A stretch of 64,000 nt of DNA from an uncultured Chloroflexia bacterium. Lineage in GTDB: Bacteria > Chloroflexota > Limnocylindria > Limnocylindrales > CSP1-4. Below the pieces are notes generated by a model. The model saw only the letters and a list, made by a program, of their open reading frames with translations. It did not search any database and was not told the origin of the DNA. This document shows, piece by piece, positions 32,353 to 41,300 of the stretch. The DNA lies in assembly GCA_963835335.1 (NCBI GenBank), contig CAWIFB010000056.1, forward strand, positions 56,635-120,634, in the 5' to 3' direction. Position numbers and translations under genes: made by a program. How positions within the stretch are numbered: position 1 is the stretch's first letter; every line of letters starts with the position of its first letter.

Positions 32353-33719
32353 GCGACAGGCACGGGATCGGCGGCGATCCGGCCGAGGCGCTGCGGCTCG
32401 CGGAGCTCGTCGTCGACATGTCCTCGAAGGCCGGCGCGACCGAGGCCGAGGCGCTCGTCGCGTCGGGCGAATCCGCGCTCACCCGATTTGCCAATTCGGA
32501 GATCCACCAGAACGTCAGCAGCGACGAGGTGCTGGTCAACCTGCGCTTCGTGAGCGGCCGTCGGGTGGGGGTGGCATCGACGGGACGGACGGACGCCGAG
32601 GGGCTGCGCGCCCTGGTCGAGCGGGCGACGGCCATCGCAGCCAACGTCGCGGAGCTTGACGATTGGGCCGGGCTGCCCGACGGCGGGAGCGTGGCACCGC
32701 TCGCGATCGCCTGGTCGGACGGCACGGCGGGCGCCACGCCGGAGCTTCGCGCCGATGGAGCCCGGGCCGTCATCGCGGCAGCGGACGAGGCCGGCGTCAC
32801 GGCCTACGGATCGTTCTCGACCGACGTCGAGGCGATCGCGGTCGCCAACTCGCACGGGATCCGCGCCGCGGAGCGCCGGACCAGCTCGCAGCTGCTGACG
32901 GTGACGATGGGGCCTGACAACGGCACCGGATACGCGGAGCAGTGCTCGGTCGACGCGACGGTGATCGATGCTGCCGCGATCGGGCGCGAGGCCGCCGAGC
33001 GCGCGAAGGCGAGCACCAACCCCGTGGCGCTGGACCCCGGCGACTATCCGGTGGTCCTCCACCACTACGCGGTCGTCGACCTGCTGGACATGATCGGCTA
33101 CCTGGGGCTCTCGGCCCTCGCCGTCCAGGAGGACCGGTCGTTCTTCGAGGCGGGCAGGCAGGTCGCGTCGAAGCTGGTGACCATCGCGGACGACGGCCGG
33201 GACCCCGCCGGCCTGCCGGCGGGCTTCGATGCCGAGGGCGTGCCCAAGCAGCGACTCGCGCTGCTCGATGCGGGCGCCTGCCGCGACCTGGCCTTCGACC
33301 AGCAGACCGCGGCGCGTGCCGGCCGGTCGTCGACGGGTCATGGGATGCCGGCGCCGAACCCGTACGGCCCGTTCCCCACCAACATGGTCATGGCCGCGGG
33401 TGACGCCACGGATGACGACCTCGTGGGCGGGCTCGAGCGGGGCCTGCTGGTGACCCGGTTCCACTACACCAACCCGGTGTACCCCAAGCGCGTCGTGATC
33501 ACGGGCATGACGCGGGACGGGACATTCCTGGTCGAGGACGGCAAGGTCGTCGGCGCCGTCCGCAACCTGCGGTACACGATGTCGTACCTCGACGCGCTGG
33601 CCAACGTGGAGGCCGTGGGACGCGAGCGCCGGTGCCTGCGCGGCTTCCTGGGCGGGAGTGTCGTGCCCTCGCTCCGGCTGTCGTCGTTCTCGTTCACCGG
33701 CGCCACGGCCGAGGGCTAG
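32349..33719 (+). CDS. pmbA: TldE/PmbA family protein
   Basis: TRFANSEIHQN, FDAEG, STGH, TGMTRDG; no HExxxH; start overlaps the tldD stop. Confidence 0.9.
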   Translation: MSDRHGIGGDPAEALRLAELVVDMSSKAGATEAEALVASGESALTRFANSEIHQNVSSDEVLVNLRFVSGRRVGVASTGRTDAEGLRALVERATAIAANVAELDDWAGLPDGGSVAPLAIAWSDGTAGATPELRADGARAVIAAADEAGVTAYGSFSTDVEAIAVANSHGIRAAERRTSSQLLTVTMGPDNGTGYAEQCSVDATVIDAAAIGREAAERAKASTNPVALDPGDYPVVLHHYAVVDLLDMIGYLGLSALAVQEDRSFFEAGRQVASKLVTIADDGRDPAGLPAGFDAEGVPKQRLALLDAGACRDLAFDQQTAARAGRSSTGHGMPAPNPYGPFPTNMVMAAGDATDDDLVGGLERGLLVTRFHYTNPVYPKRVVITGMTRDGTFLVEDGKVVGAVRNLRYTMSYLDALANVEAVGRERRCLRGFLGGSVVPSLRLSSFSFTGATAEG

Positions 33720-33727
33720 GTCGCCGG

Positions 33728-34021
33728 ATGGGCATCGGAGATGCACGCGCCTCGGATCTCACGATCTTCATCGACACCGACGCCTCGATCACCGTCGACG
33801 TCGGCTCGCGGTTCGTGGCGGTGGGAACCGAGGACCTTGAGCGAATCCTGGATCGCCTCGCCGCGGACGGCGGAACGCTCCGGCTCCTCGGTGCGCCCGA
33901 TCGTGCGGACGACGGGGACGAGCCGCCGGATCGCGAGAGCGACCCCGCCGCGGGTGCCGCGTCACACGTGCTGGCGCTCGCCCACGCGCGCGGGTTGGAG
34001 GTCATCCGCAATGACCGCTGA
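33728..34021 (+). CDS. Small hypothetical protein
   Basis: Short ORF filling the gap between pmbA and the SnoaL-like gene. Confidence 0.5.
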   Translation: MGIGDARASDLTIFIDTDASITVDVGSRFVAVGTEDLERILDRLAADGGTLRLLGAPDRADDGDEPPDRESDPAAGAASHVLALAHARGLEVIRNDR

Positions 34022-34044
34022 GCCGCGCCGCGGTCACGGCTGAG

Positions 34045-34497
34045 ATGCCGGCCGAAGGCAGCATCCGCTCGCGCCTCGCCCGGCGCTTCGATCCCATCGA
34101 GCTGCGGGCGATCAAGCGGCTGTGGATCCGGCACTCGATCGCCGAGGACGCCCGGGACATCGACGGGCTGATCGCGACGCTGGCACCGGACTGCGTCTAC
34201 GAGATGGTGCCCACCGGCCAACGCTGGGAGGGGCACGACGGCGCGCGCGCGTTCTACACCGAGCTGTTCGCCGCGTTCCCGGACAACCGGTTCGGGCTGA
34301 CCGACATCGTGGTCGGACCGCAGGGCGTGTTCGAGGCGGCGCAGCTGACGGGCACCAACCTCGGGCCATGGGCCGGGGTGCCAGCCTCCGGGCTGCCGGT
34401 CAGCCTGGGCGTGTTGATCCTGTTTCCGTGGGATCCCGCCACGGGTCGGTTCCGCGGGGAGCGGATCTGGTTCGATCGAGGATCGCTGAGCACGTAG
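34045..34497 (+). CDS. SnoaL-like / NTF2-fold ester cyclase family protein
   Basis: FYTELFAAFPD, GTNLGPWAGVPASG, ERIWFD. Confidence 0.85.
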   Translation: MPAEGSIRSRLARRFDPIELRAIKRLWIRHSIAEDARDIDGLIATLAPDCVYEMVPTGQRWEGHDGARAFYTELFAAFPDNRFGLTDIVVGPQGVFEAAQLTGTNLGPWAGVPASGLPVSLGVLILFPWDPATGRFRGERIWFDRGSLST

Positions 34498-34521
34498 CTC
34501 CCGGGGCAGTGTCGATCGTCC

Positions 34522-37437
34522 CTACCAGGCGACGAGCTTCCAGATCTCCGGCTCCAGCTCTCCAGGGTTCCCGCCGACCTCGGCGAAGATCGCGACCGCG
34601 CGCTTGAGGTGGGCCATCGACTCGTCGATCCGGCCCACCGCGTGCAGCTGGTCGGCGAGGCTGTTCTCGACGGCTGCCTCGAGGTGGCGCTCGCCTGTCC
34701 GCCGGCATTCGTCGAGGGCGGCCTCGAGCAGTGAGATTGCGGTTACCCGGTCACCGGCAGCTGCCTCGACGAGGGCGAGCGCGTTGCGGGCCGCGATCGC
34801 CGCCCCTGCATCGGGATCGGTGGCCGCCAGGGCGAGGCTCTGCTCCAGGGACGCGCGTGCCGCGTCCAGATCACCGGTCTCGCGCGCGATCAGCCCCAGG
34901 ATCCGATGCGCCGCACCGGCGCCCGGATCATCCCCGGCCGCCGCTGCGAGACCGAGCGCGCGAGAGGCCGCGAGGTGGGCGAGGTCGAGCTCGCCCGCGC
35001 GGTGCGCCACCACCGCACGTTCGGCCAGCGCCCGGACCAGGATCCGGGAGCCGGCGGCCGTCTCCCCGAGCTCGAGCGTCGAGATCGCCGCGTCAAGGTG
35101 ACTGGCCGCGGTTGCGAGGTCGCCCCTGCGGGCGTGCACCCTCCCGAGCCGGAGCTCGACCACCGGGAGCTGGTCGTCCGCGGTCGCCGCGGCGGCGGCC
35201 TCGAGCGCCGCGATGGCACCGGTGTAGTCGCCCAGGGCGGTCCGAACCTCGCCCAGCAGGAGCTGGATCGCGGCCACGTCCGGATGCCCCAGCGCGATCG
35301 CGGTCTCGAGATGCGCAGCCGCCTCGCGATTCGCGAACAGGGCCCGGGCGCGAACCCCGGCCTGGCGGAAGGCCTCCGCCGCCTCCGCCTCCCGACCCGC
35401 CGCTCGTTCGTGGATCGCCACCTGGACCAGTCGAGCGGGGTCGTCGCGGCCGGAGATCTCGACCCTGAGAAGCTCGGCGGTCCGGCGATGGAGCAGCCGT
35501 CGGCGGGCGAGGCTGGTCGCCTCGTAGGCGGCGTCGCGGAGCTTGGCGTGCGCGAAGTCGAAAGCGACCTCCGGCGCCGCCGGAACGTCGCGGACGATGC
35601 CGCGCCGAACCAGCTCCTCGAGCGCCGTCACGGTCTCGTCCTCGGAGCGTCCGCTCGTCCCCCGCACGAGGGGCAGGTCGAACGAGCGGCCGATGACGGC
35701 GGCCGCCGACAGCACCTGTCCGGCCGTCTCGCTCACCGACGCCAGCCGCTCCCGGAGGAGGGTGCGGACGCTCCGCGCCGGTCCCTCGATCAAGCCGGTC
35801 CCCGTCGCAAGCGCCTCGACCACGTACAGGGGCAGGCCCTCGCTCTCCTCGAGCAGCGTGTCGACGGCCATCGGGGACTGCCCGACGACGGATGCCGCCG
35901 CCACGAGCTGCTCGACGTCCTCGCGTCCGAGCCGGCGTAGTGCGACGGCCGTCGTGTCCGGGAGGGCCTCGATCGTGTCCACGAAGATGGAGCCAAGCTC
36001 GTCGAGATCCTCGGGTCGCCAGGTGAGGAGGAGCAGGACCGGGCGACCCGTCAGCCGGCGACCGAGCCAGACCAGCGCCTCCCGCGATGCATCGTCCGCC
36101 CACTGGAGGTCCTCCACCGTGATGAGTCCCGGCACCGGTCCGGCCACGAGCACACTCAGGGTGTTCGCGACGGCTTCCAGGAGGCGAACCCGTGCTGCCG
36201 ATCCGTCGTCGTTCCCGGCGCGGACCTCCCGGACCGGCCGGCGACGCGACAGACCGGGGGGCATGGGGACGAGGCGCTCCAGCTCCGCGAGGGTGGCGTG
36301 CGGCAGGTGCTGGAGGCGATCGACGGCGTCCGGACGAGCGAACCCGACGCGCAGCAGCTCCACGACGAGCCCGTAGGCGATGCCGGCCTCCGACGCGAAC
36401 GACCGCGCGACGAGCGCCGTGCCGCCCGCGGCATGCACGCTGTCGCGGATGCTCTCGGCGAGCCGCGACTTCCCGATTCCCGCTTCACCGGTGACGTAGG
36501 CGACCCGCCCGTCGATCCCCGCGTCCCGGCACGCATCCAGGAGGGAACGCAGGTCGCGGTCGCGCCCGACCAGCGGCAGCCGGGCGAGGGCGGGCGGTTT
36601 GCCGTCGACCGTTCCGCTCGCCGCAGCCTCGACAGAAACCCGGTCGTCCGGCGATGTCGAGGCCGCAGCTCGATCGTCGCGGACCGCCTCGTACAGCTCG
36701 GTCGTCTCGGCCAACGGCACGACGCCGAGCTCCCGCTCCAGCACGGCGACACACGAGCGGTACTGGCGGATCGCGCCCGCCCGGTCGCCCGAGCGCGCAA
36801 GGAGCCGCATCAGGCGCCGCTGCGCAGGCTCGTCGAGCGGATCGAGATCCACGCGGCGCGCTGCGGCGGCGACGGCGGCGGGGATATCCCCTTCCGCTTC
36901 CGCGGTCACTGCGAGCCGGTCGAGCACGCCGGCAACGGCTCGATCCGCCGCGACCGCTCGGGTCGCCCGCCAGTCATCGAACTCCGGGCTGTCACGCAAC
37001 GAGAACCCGGCCAGGAACGGACCCCTGGCGGCCGCGGCCGCGTCCCGCAACGCGCGCCCGGACGCGTCGAGGCCTGCGGCCTCCACGGCCACCAGGTCGA
37101 CCCATGTGCCGGTCGTGTCGAAGGTGACCGTGGACCGGTCGACCCGAATCCAACGGTCCCCGAGCGCCGCCCGGAGCACGGACAGCGTCCGCCGCAGCGC
37201 GCCGCGCGCCGATTCGTCGTCCGACTCGGGCCACAGGAGGGCAGCCAGCTCCTCGCGAGCGAACGGCCGGCCCTCGATGGCGAGGAGGGCGAGGATCGCC
37301 GAGGCCTTGCGCGTGTCCACGGCGATCGGCTCGCCGTCCACGCGAACGTCGAGCGGCCCGAGCACGCGGATCTCGAGACCGGAGGCCCGGGCGGCAGGCG
37401 GGACGGGCGAGGCAGACGCAGGCACCGGATGGGACAT
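34522..37437 (-). CDS. SARP/AfsR-like regulator: winged helix, BTAD, STAND AAA ATPase, TPR
   Basis: IRVLGP..REELAALLWP; GPFLAGF..EFDDW; DPLDE..LMRLL (BTAD); LVGRD; GEAGIGKS; EDLQWAD; FAHAKLR; C-terminal TPRs. Confidence 0.92.
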   Translation of the reverse strand: MSHPVPASASPVPPAARASGLEIRVLGPLDVRVDGEPIAVDTRKASAILALLAIEGRPFAREELAALLWPESDDESARGALRRTLSVLRAALGDRWIRVDRSTVTFDTTGTWVDLVAVEAAGLDASGRALRDAAAAARGPFLAGFSLRDSPEFDDWRATRAVAADRAVAGVLDRLAVTAEAEGDIPAAVAAAARRVDLDPLDEPAQRRLMRLLARSGDRAGAIRQYRSCVAVLERELGVVPLAETTELYEAVRDDRAAASTSPDDRVSVEAAASGTVDGKPPALARLPLVGRDRDLRSLLDACRDAGIDGRVAYVTGEAGIGKSRLAESIRDSVHAAGGTALVARSFASEAGIAYGLVVELLRVGFARPDAVDRLQHLPHATLAELERLVPMPPGLSRRRPVREVRAGNDDGSAARVRLLEAVANTLSVLVAGPVPGLITVEDLQWADDASREALVWLGRRLTGRPVLLLLTWRPEDLDELGSIFVDTIEALPDTTAVALRRLGREDVEQLVAAASVVGQSPMAVDTLLEESEGLPLYVVEALATGTGLIEGPARSVRTLLRERLASVSETAGQVLSAAAVIGRSFDLPLVRGTSGRSEDETVTALEELVRRGIVRDVPAAPEVAFDFAHAKLRDAAYEATSLARRRLLHRRTAELLRVEISGRDDPARLVQVAIHERAAGREAEAAEAFRQAGVRARALFANREAAAHLETAIALGHPDVAAIQLLLGEVRTALGDYTGAIAALEAAAAATADDQLPVVELRLGRVHARRGDLATAASHLDAAISTLELGETAAGSRILVRALAERAVVAHRAGELDLAHLAASRALGLAAAAGDDPGAGAAHRILGLIARETGDLDAARASLEQSLALAATDPDAGAAIAARNALALVEAAAGDRVTAISLLEAALDECRRTGERHLEAAVENSLADQLHAVGRIDESMAHLKRAVAIFAEVGGNPGELEPEIWKLVAW

Positions 37438-37441
37438 TTCG

Positions 37442-37488
37442 CGTAACGGTAACGCGTTGGCGCAGGATCTCGTAACGTTCTCCGAACG
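37442..37488. promoter_or_regulatory. GTAACG repeat cluster / putative operator A
   Basis: GTAACG at 37443, 37449 and 37472 in the divergent intergenic region; 19-mer at 37470 shared with 41261. Confidence 0.6.
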
Positions 37489-37511
37489 GCAGCGTCCCAC
37501 CATCCGAGGCC

Positions 37512-38759
37512 ATGACCGCGTCCAGAGTCGCGCACCAAGCACCCCGCCTGGCCCCCGCACGCTCGACAGCGCGGCGGCTCGCCCACCTGCTCAGCGGGCT
37601 GGCACTGGCACTCGACGTGCTGGCCGTGCTGCTGCTCGTGCCGCAGGCCGGCACCGGGGTGTTCGAGCGACTCGACGGCAACACGCTGGGCGGCTACGTG
37701 CTCGGAGCTACGTTCCCCGTGGTCGGGTGGCTGATCGCGACCCGCAGACCTGGCAACGCGATCGGCTGGGTGTTCATTGTGATCGGCCTGTCGCAGGCGC
37801 TCGACACGTTCGCCGGGCAGTACGGCGTGGTCGGTCTCGTCACGACGCCCGGATCCCTGCCGGCAGCCGACCTGCTTGCGTGGGTCGCGGTCTGGGCCTG
37901 GGCGCCGGGCTTCACGCTCCTCCTCACGTACTCCGTGCTCCTTTTCCCGGACGGCCACCTGCCGTCGTCCCGGTGGCGCCCGGTCGCGTGGCTGGCTGGA
38001 TGTGCGCTCGTGCTGCTCGTCGTGCCGGTGGCGATCCTCGCGTGGGGCAGCTCGGGACGCGACCTGGTGGGGACGGGTCCCGTCGAATCGACAGACCCGG
38101 CGGTGACCATGATCCTGGGGTTGCAGTTCGTCGGCCTCATCCTGCTGATGATCAGTGGCCTGGGCTCGATCGCCAGCCTTGTCGTCCGCTTCCGGCGCTC
38201 GACGGGAGCCGAGCGCGCCCAGCTCAAATGGTTCGTGGCTGCCGGTGCCATCGAGGTCGTGAGCCTCAGTGCCTCGGCGTTCGTGACGCTGCCCGGGCTG
38301 CTGCTCAACGCGCTCCTGGCGGTGACGGTGGCGCCTCTGCTGCCCATCGCGGCCACGGTCGCGATCCTCCGCTACCACCTGTATGACATCGATCGCATCG
38401 TGAGCCGGACGGTCGCATGGGGCGCCGTCACGCTGGTCCTCGTCCTCGTGTTCGCCGGGGCCGTCGTCGGCCTCGACGACCTGCTCGCCGGGGTGACCCA
38501 GGGCCAGACCCTCGCGGTCGCGGCGTCGACGCTGTTGGCGTTCGCGCTGTTCCAGCCGATCCGGGGCCGGGTCCAGGCGGCGGTCGACCATCGGTTCGAC
38601 CGCGCGCGGTACGACGGCCAGCGGATCGTCGATGCCTTCGCCGAGGGGCTGCGCGGGCAGGTGGACCTGGCCCAGATCAACGACGGCGTGCTGGCCGCCG
38701 TGACGGGCACCGTCCGGCCCCGCACCGGGGCGGTGTGGCTCCGGGAGCGCCGACGATGA
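37512..38759 (+). CDS. Multi-TM sensor-like membrane protein 1 (ends in a partial GAF)
   Basis: NAIGW, LLFPDGHLPSSRWR, ERAQLKW, ILRYHLYDID, AASTL..FQP, DHRFDRARYD..AVWLR*. Confidence 0.85.
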   Translation: MTASRVAHQAPRLAPARSTARRLAHLLSGLALALDVLAVLLLVPQAGTGVFERLDGNTLGGYVLGATFPVVGWLIATRRPGNAIGWVFIVIGLSQALDTFAGQYGVVGLVTTPGSLPAADLLAWVAVWAWAPGFTLLLTYSVLLFPDGHLPSSRWRPVAWLAGCALVLLVVPVAILAWGSSGRDLVGTGPVESTDPAVTMILGLQFVGLILLMISGLGSIASLVVRFRRSTGAERAQLKWFVAAGAIEVVSLSASAFVTLPGLLLNALLAVTVAPLLPIAATVAILRYHLYDIDRIVSRTVAWGAVTLVLVLVFAGAVVGLDDLLAGVTQGQTLAVAASTLLAFALFQPIRGRVQAAVDHRFDRARYDGQRIVDAFAEGLRGQVDLAQINDGVLAAVTGTVRPRTGAVWLRERRR

Positions 38760-39985
38760 CGACGGCCACGGAGCGCAGGCGCAACGGCCAGGTGGAGGCC
38801 ACGCTTGGCCGCGCCGCGACGGCCGGGCTGTGGGCGCTGATCCTGGTCCTCGCCGCAGGTGGTCTGGCCAACATCCTGCTGCCGCAGGGCGCGACGCAGA
38901 ACAATGACGCCATTGCCTTCATCCTGTCTGCAGCGATCACGCTTCTGTTCGGTGGCATCGGCGCGCTCGTCGTCAGCCGGCAGCCGTCCAACGCAGTCGG
39001 CTGGCTGCTCTGGGTCATCGGCGCCCTCATCGGCCTGAGCATGGCCGCGACGGCGTATGCCATCTGGAGCCTGACCGCGTTCGATGCGCAGCTGCCCGGG
39101 AGCGTCATCGCCGGCTGGATCACCCAGTGGGCGTTCAGCCCGACGCTCGTCATCGCGCTCCTGTTCCTGCCGCTCCTCTTTCCCGATGGCCGGCTGCCGT
39201 CGCGGCGCTGGCGGTGGGCGCTCGCGTTCGCCGCCCTGACCACCGTCGCCGCCGGCCTGCCCGATATGCTCCAGCCCGGCCCGCTCGGACCGACAGGGAT
39301 CCCGAACCCCACGGGCTGGTCGGGAGACCCGGCGCTGCTCGATGCGCTCCGGGCCTTCAACTCGATCAGCCCGATCCTCGCGTTCCCGGTCGTCGTCGCC
39401 TCCGCCGTCGTCCGCTACCGTCGCGGGACCCCGGTCGAGCGCCAGCAGCTCAAGTGGTTCGGCGCAACGGCCGTCCTCGCGGTGATCTCGCTGTCGGTGG
39501 CCGTGCTCGCCCCCGAGCCGTACGGGGTCCTGGGGTTCTTCGGCGCGATGATCGCCGTCGCCCTGCTGCCGGTCTCGATCGGGATCGCGATCCTCCGCTA
39601 TCGCCTGTACGCGATCGACCGCCTGGTCAGCCGCTCCATCTCGTGGGCGATCGTCAGCCTCAGCCTCGCCGCCGTGTTCGCCGGTGCGGTGATCTCGCTG
39701 CAGGCGCTGCTGGCCGGCGTGACTCAGGGTCAGACCTTTGCCGTCGCGGCCTCGACGCTTGCCGCGTTTGCGCTGTTCCAGCCCCTCCGTCGGCGCGTCC
39801 AGGCAGCCGTGGACCGGCGGTTCGACCGGGCCAGGTACGACGGGCAGCGGCTCGTCGGCGCGTTTGCCGAGGACCTGCGAGGCGAGATCGACCTCGCCGA
39901 GATCCGTGACGAGATGCTCGCGACGGTGGCGACGGCCGTTCGCCCCGGGCACGGAGCGGTCTGGCTCCGAGGCGACCGGGCATGA
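38756..39985 (+). CDS. Multi-TM sensor-like membrane protein 2 (paralog)
   Basis: Same motif series; ATG overlaps the previous stop. Confidence 0.85.
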   Translation: MTTATERRRNGQVEATLGRAATAGLWALILVLAAGGLANILLPQGATQNNDAIAFILSAAITLLFGGIGALVVSRQPSNAVGWLLWVIGALIGLSMAATAYAIWSLTAFDAQLPGSVIAGWITQWAFSPTLVIALLFLPLLFPDGRLPSRRWRWALAFAALTTVAAGLPDMLQPGPLGPTGIPNPTGWSGDPALLDALRAFNSISPILAFPVVVASAVVRYRRGTPVERQQLKWFGATAVLAVISLSVAVLAPEPYGVLGFFGAMIAVALLPVSIGIAILRYRLYAIDRLVSRSISWAIVSLSLAAVFAGAVISLQALLAGVTQGQTFAVAASTLAAFALFQPLRRRVQAAVDRRFDRARYDGQRLVGAFAEDLRGEIDLAEIRDEMLATVATAVRPGHGAVWLRGDRA

Positions 39986-40001
39986 CCGGTCTCGTGCGCC
40001 G

Positions 40002-41204
40002 ATGACGGCCGCGCGGCGCCGCGTGAGGCTGCAGGTCGCGGCCATCGTCGCCATGGCAACGGTCGCGCTCGTGTTCGTGGCTGTCGGCGTGCCGCTGGGT
40101 GTCGAGACCCTGGACCGGTACGGTCCTGCCGGCCCCGTGTTCCTCCTGATCTTCCCCGCGATCGTCCTGTCGCTGACGTTCGTGGGCGGCTTCGTGGCAT
40201 TTCGCGTCGGCAACCCGGTGGGCTGGCTGCTCGAGCTGTCCGGGCTGGCGTCCGCGATCGGGATCTTCGGCGGCACGTACGTGAACTACGACCACGACCT
40301 GCAGGCGGGGTTCCCCTTCGTGGTGCCGATCGCCTGGCTGTCGAGCTGGATGTTCCTGCCCGCGATCGGGATGCTCCTCGTGTACCTCCCCCTGCTGTTC
40401 CCGACCGGTCGCTTCCTGGGGCCGCGCTGGCGCGCCTTCGGCATGGTTGGCCTGCTCGGCCTCGCCGGGAGCGTTGCGGCAGGGCTCATGCCCGGCCCGC
40501 TGTCGAGCGCACCCTGGATTGCGAACCCGCTCGGCGTCCCTGGCGCCACCGACGTCCTCGCCGGGATCACCACCATCTCCAACCTCGCCACTCCGGTCTT
40601 CTTCGGCGGTGCGGTGATCAGCGTGTTCGTGCGCTATCGGCGGGCGGGAATCGTCGAGCGTCATCAGCTCAAGTGGTTCGGCCTCGTGGCCGGGGTCGCG
40701 GTGGTGACGTTCATCATCTCGATCCCCAACAACGGGCCGGTCTCGGACGCCGCATGGGCGCTGGGACTCGCGATGCTGCCGCTGCTGCCGATCGCCATCG
40801 GGATCGCGATCCTCCGCTACCGCCTGTGGGACATCGACCGGATCATCAGCCGCACGCTTGGCTGGGGCGTCGTGACCGCCGTGCTGGTGACGGTGTTCGC
40901 CCTGGTGGTGGTCGCCTTCGAGGACGCCCTGGCGGGCATCACGCAGGGCCAGACGCTCGCCGTGGCCGGCTCCACGCTGCTCGCCGCATCGCTGTTCCAG
41001 CCGCTCCGGAGACGGGTCCAGGCGGCGGTCGACCGCCGATTCGATCGGGCCCGGTACGACGCCGAGCACACCATCCAGGGCATGGGCTCCCGGCTCCGGG
41101 ACGGGATGGACGAGCCGCGGGTCCGGGCGGCCATCCTCGCCACGGCGACCGAGGCGGTGCGGCCCGCAAGCGCGGCCGTCTGGCTCCGGCAGCGGGCCCG
41201 GTGA
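40002..41204 (+). CDS. Multi-TM sensor-like membrane protein 3 (paralog)
   Basis: Same motif series, ending RPASAAVWLRQRAR*. Confidence 0.85.
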   Translation: MTAARRRVRLQVAAIVAMATVALVFVAVGVPLGVETLDRYGPAGPVFLLIFPAIVLSLTFVGGFVAFRVGNPVGWLLELSGLASAIGIFGGTYVNYDHDLQAGFPFVVPIAWLSSWMFLPAIGMLLVYLPLLFPTGRFLGPRWRAFGMVGLLGLAGSVAAGLMPGPLSSAPWIANPLGVPGATDVLAGITTISNLATPVFFGGAVISVFVRYRRAGIVERHQLKWFGLVAGVAVVTFIISIPNNGPVSDAAWALGLAMLPLLPIAIGIAILRYRLWDIDRIISRTLGWGVVTAVLVTVFALVVVAFEDALAGITQGQTLAVAGSTLLAASLFQPLRRRVQAAVDRRFDRARYDAEHTIQGMGSRLRDGMDEPRVRAAILATATEAVRPASAAVWLRQRAR

Positions 41205-41227
41205 CCATCCCGGCCGCGCCGCGGCTC

Positions 41228-41279
41228 CGTAACGTCCCGAATTCCCTCATAGCCGAGGTTTCGTAACGATGTCCGGACG
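41228..41279 (+). promoter_or_regulatory. CGTAACG repeats / putative operator B
   Basis: CGTAACG at 41228 and 41262; TCGTAACGATGTCCGGACG matches 37470-37488 at 16/19 positions. Confidence 0.6.
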
Positions 41280-41300
41280 CCCACCCACGAGGATCCGCCC

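Noticed and set aside
30910-34497. tldD/pmbA plus SnoaL-like gene as a RiPP or polyketide cluster
   Set aside because: No precursor peptide, YcaO, synthase or exporter is evident; TldDE pairs are common housekeeping genes.
37442-41268. GTAAC motifs as integron attC sites flanking sensor cassettes
   Set aside because: No paired RYYYAAC/GTTRRRY palindromes, no sites between the coupled sensor genes, and no integrase.
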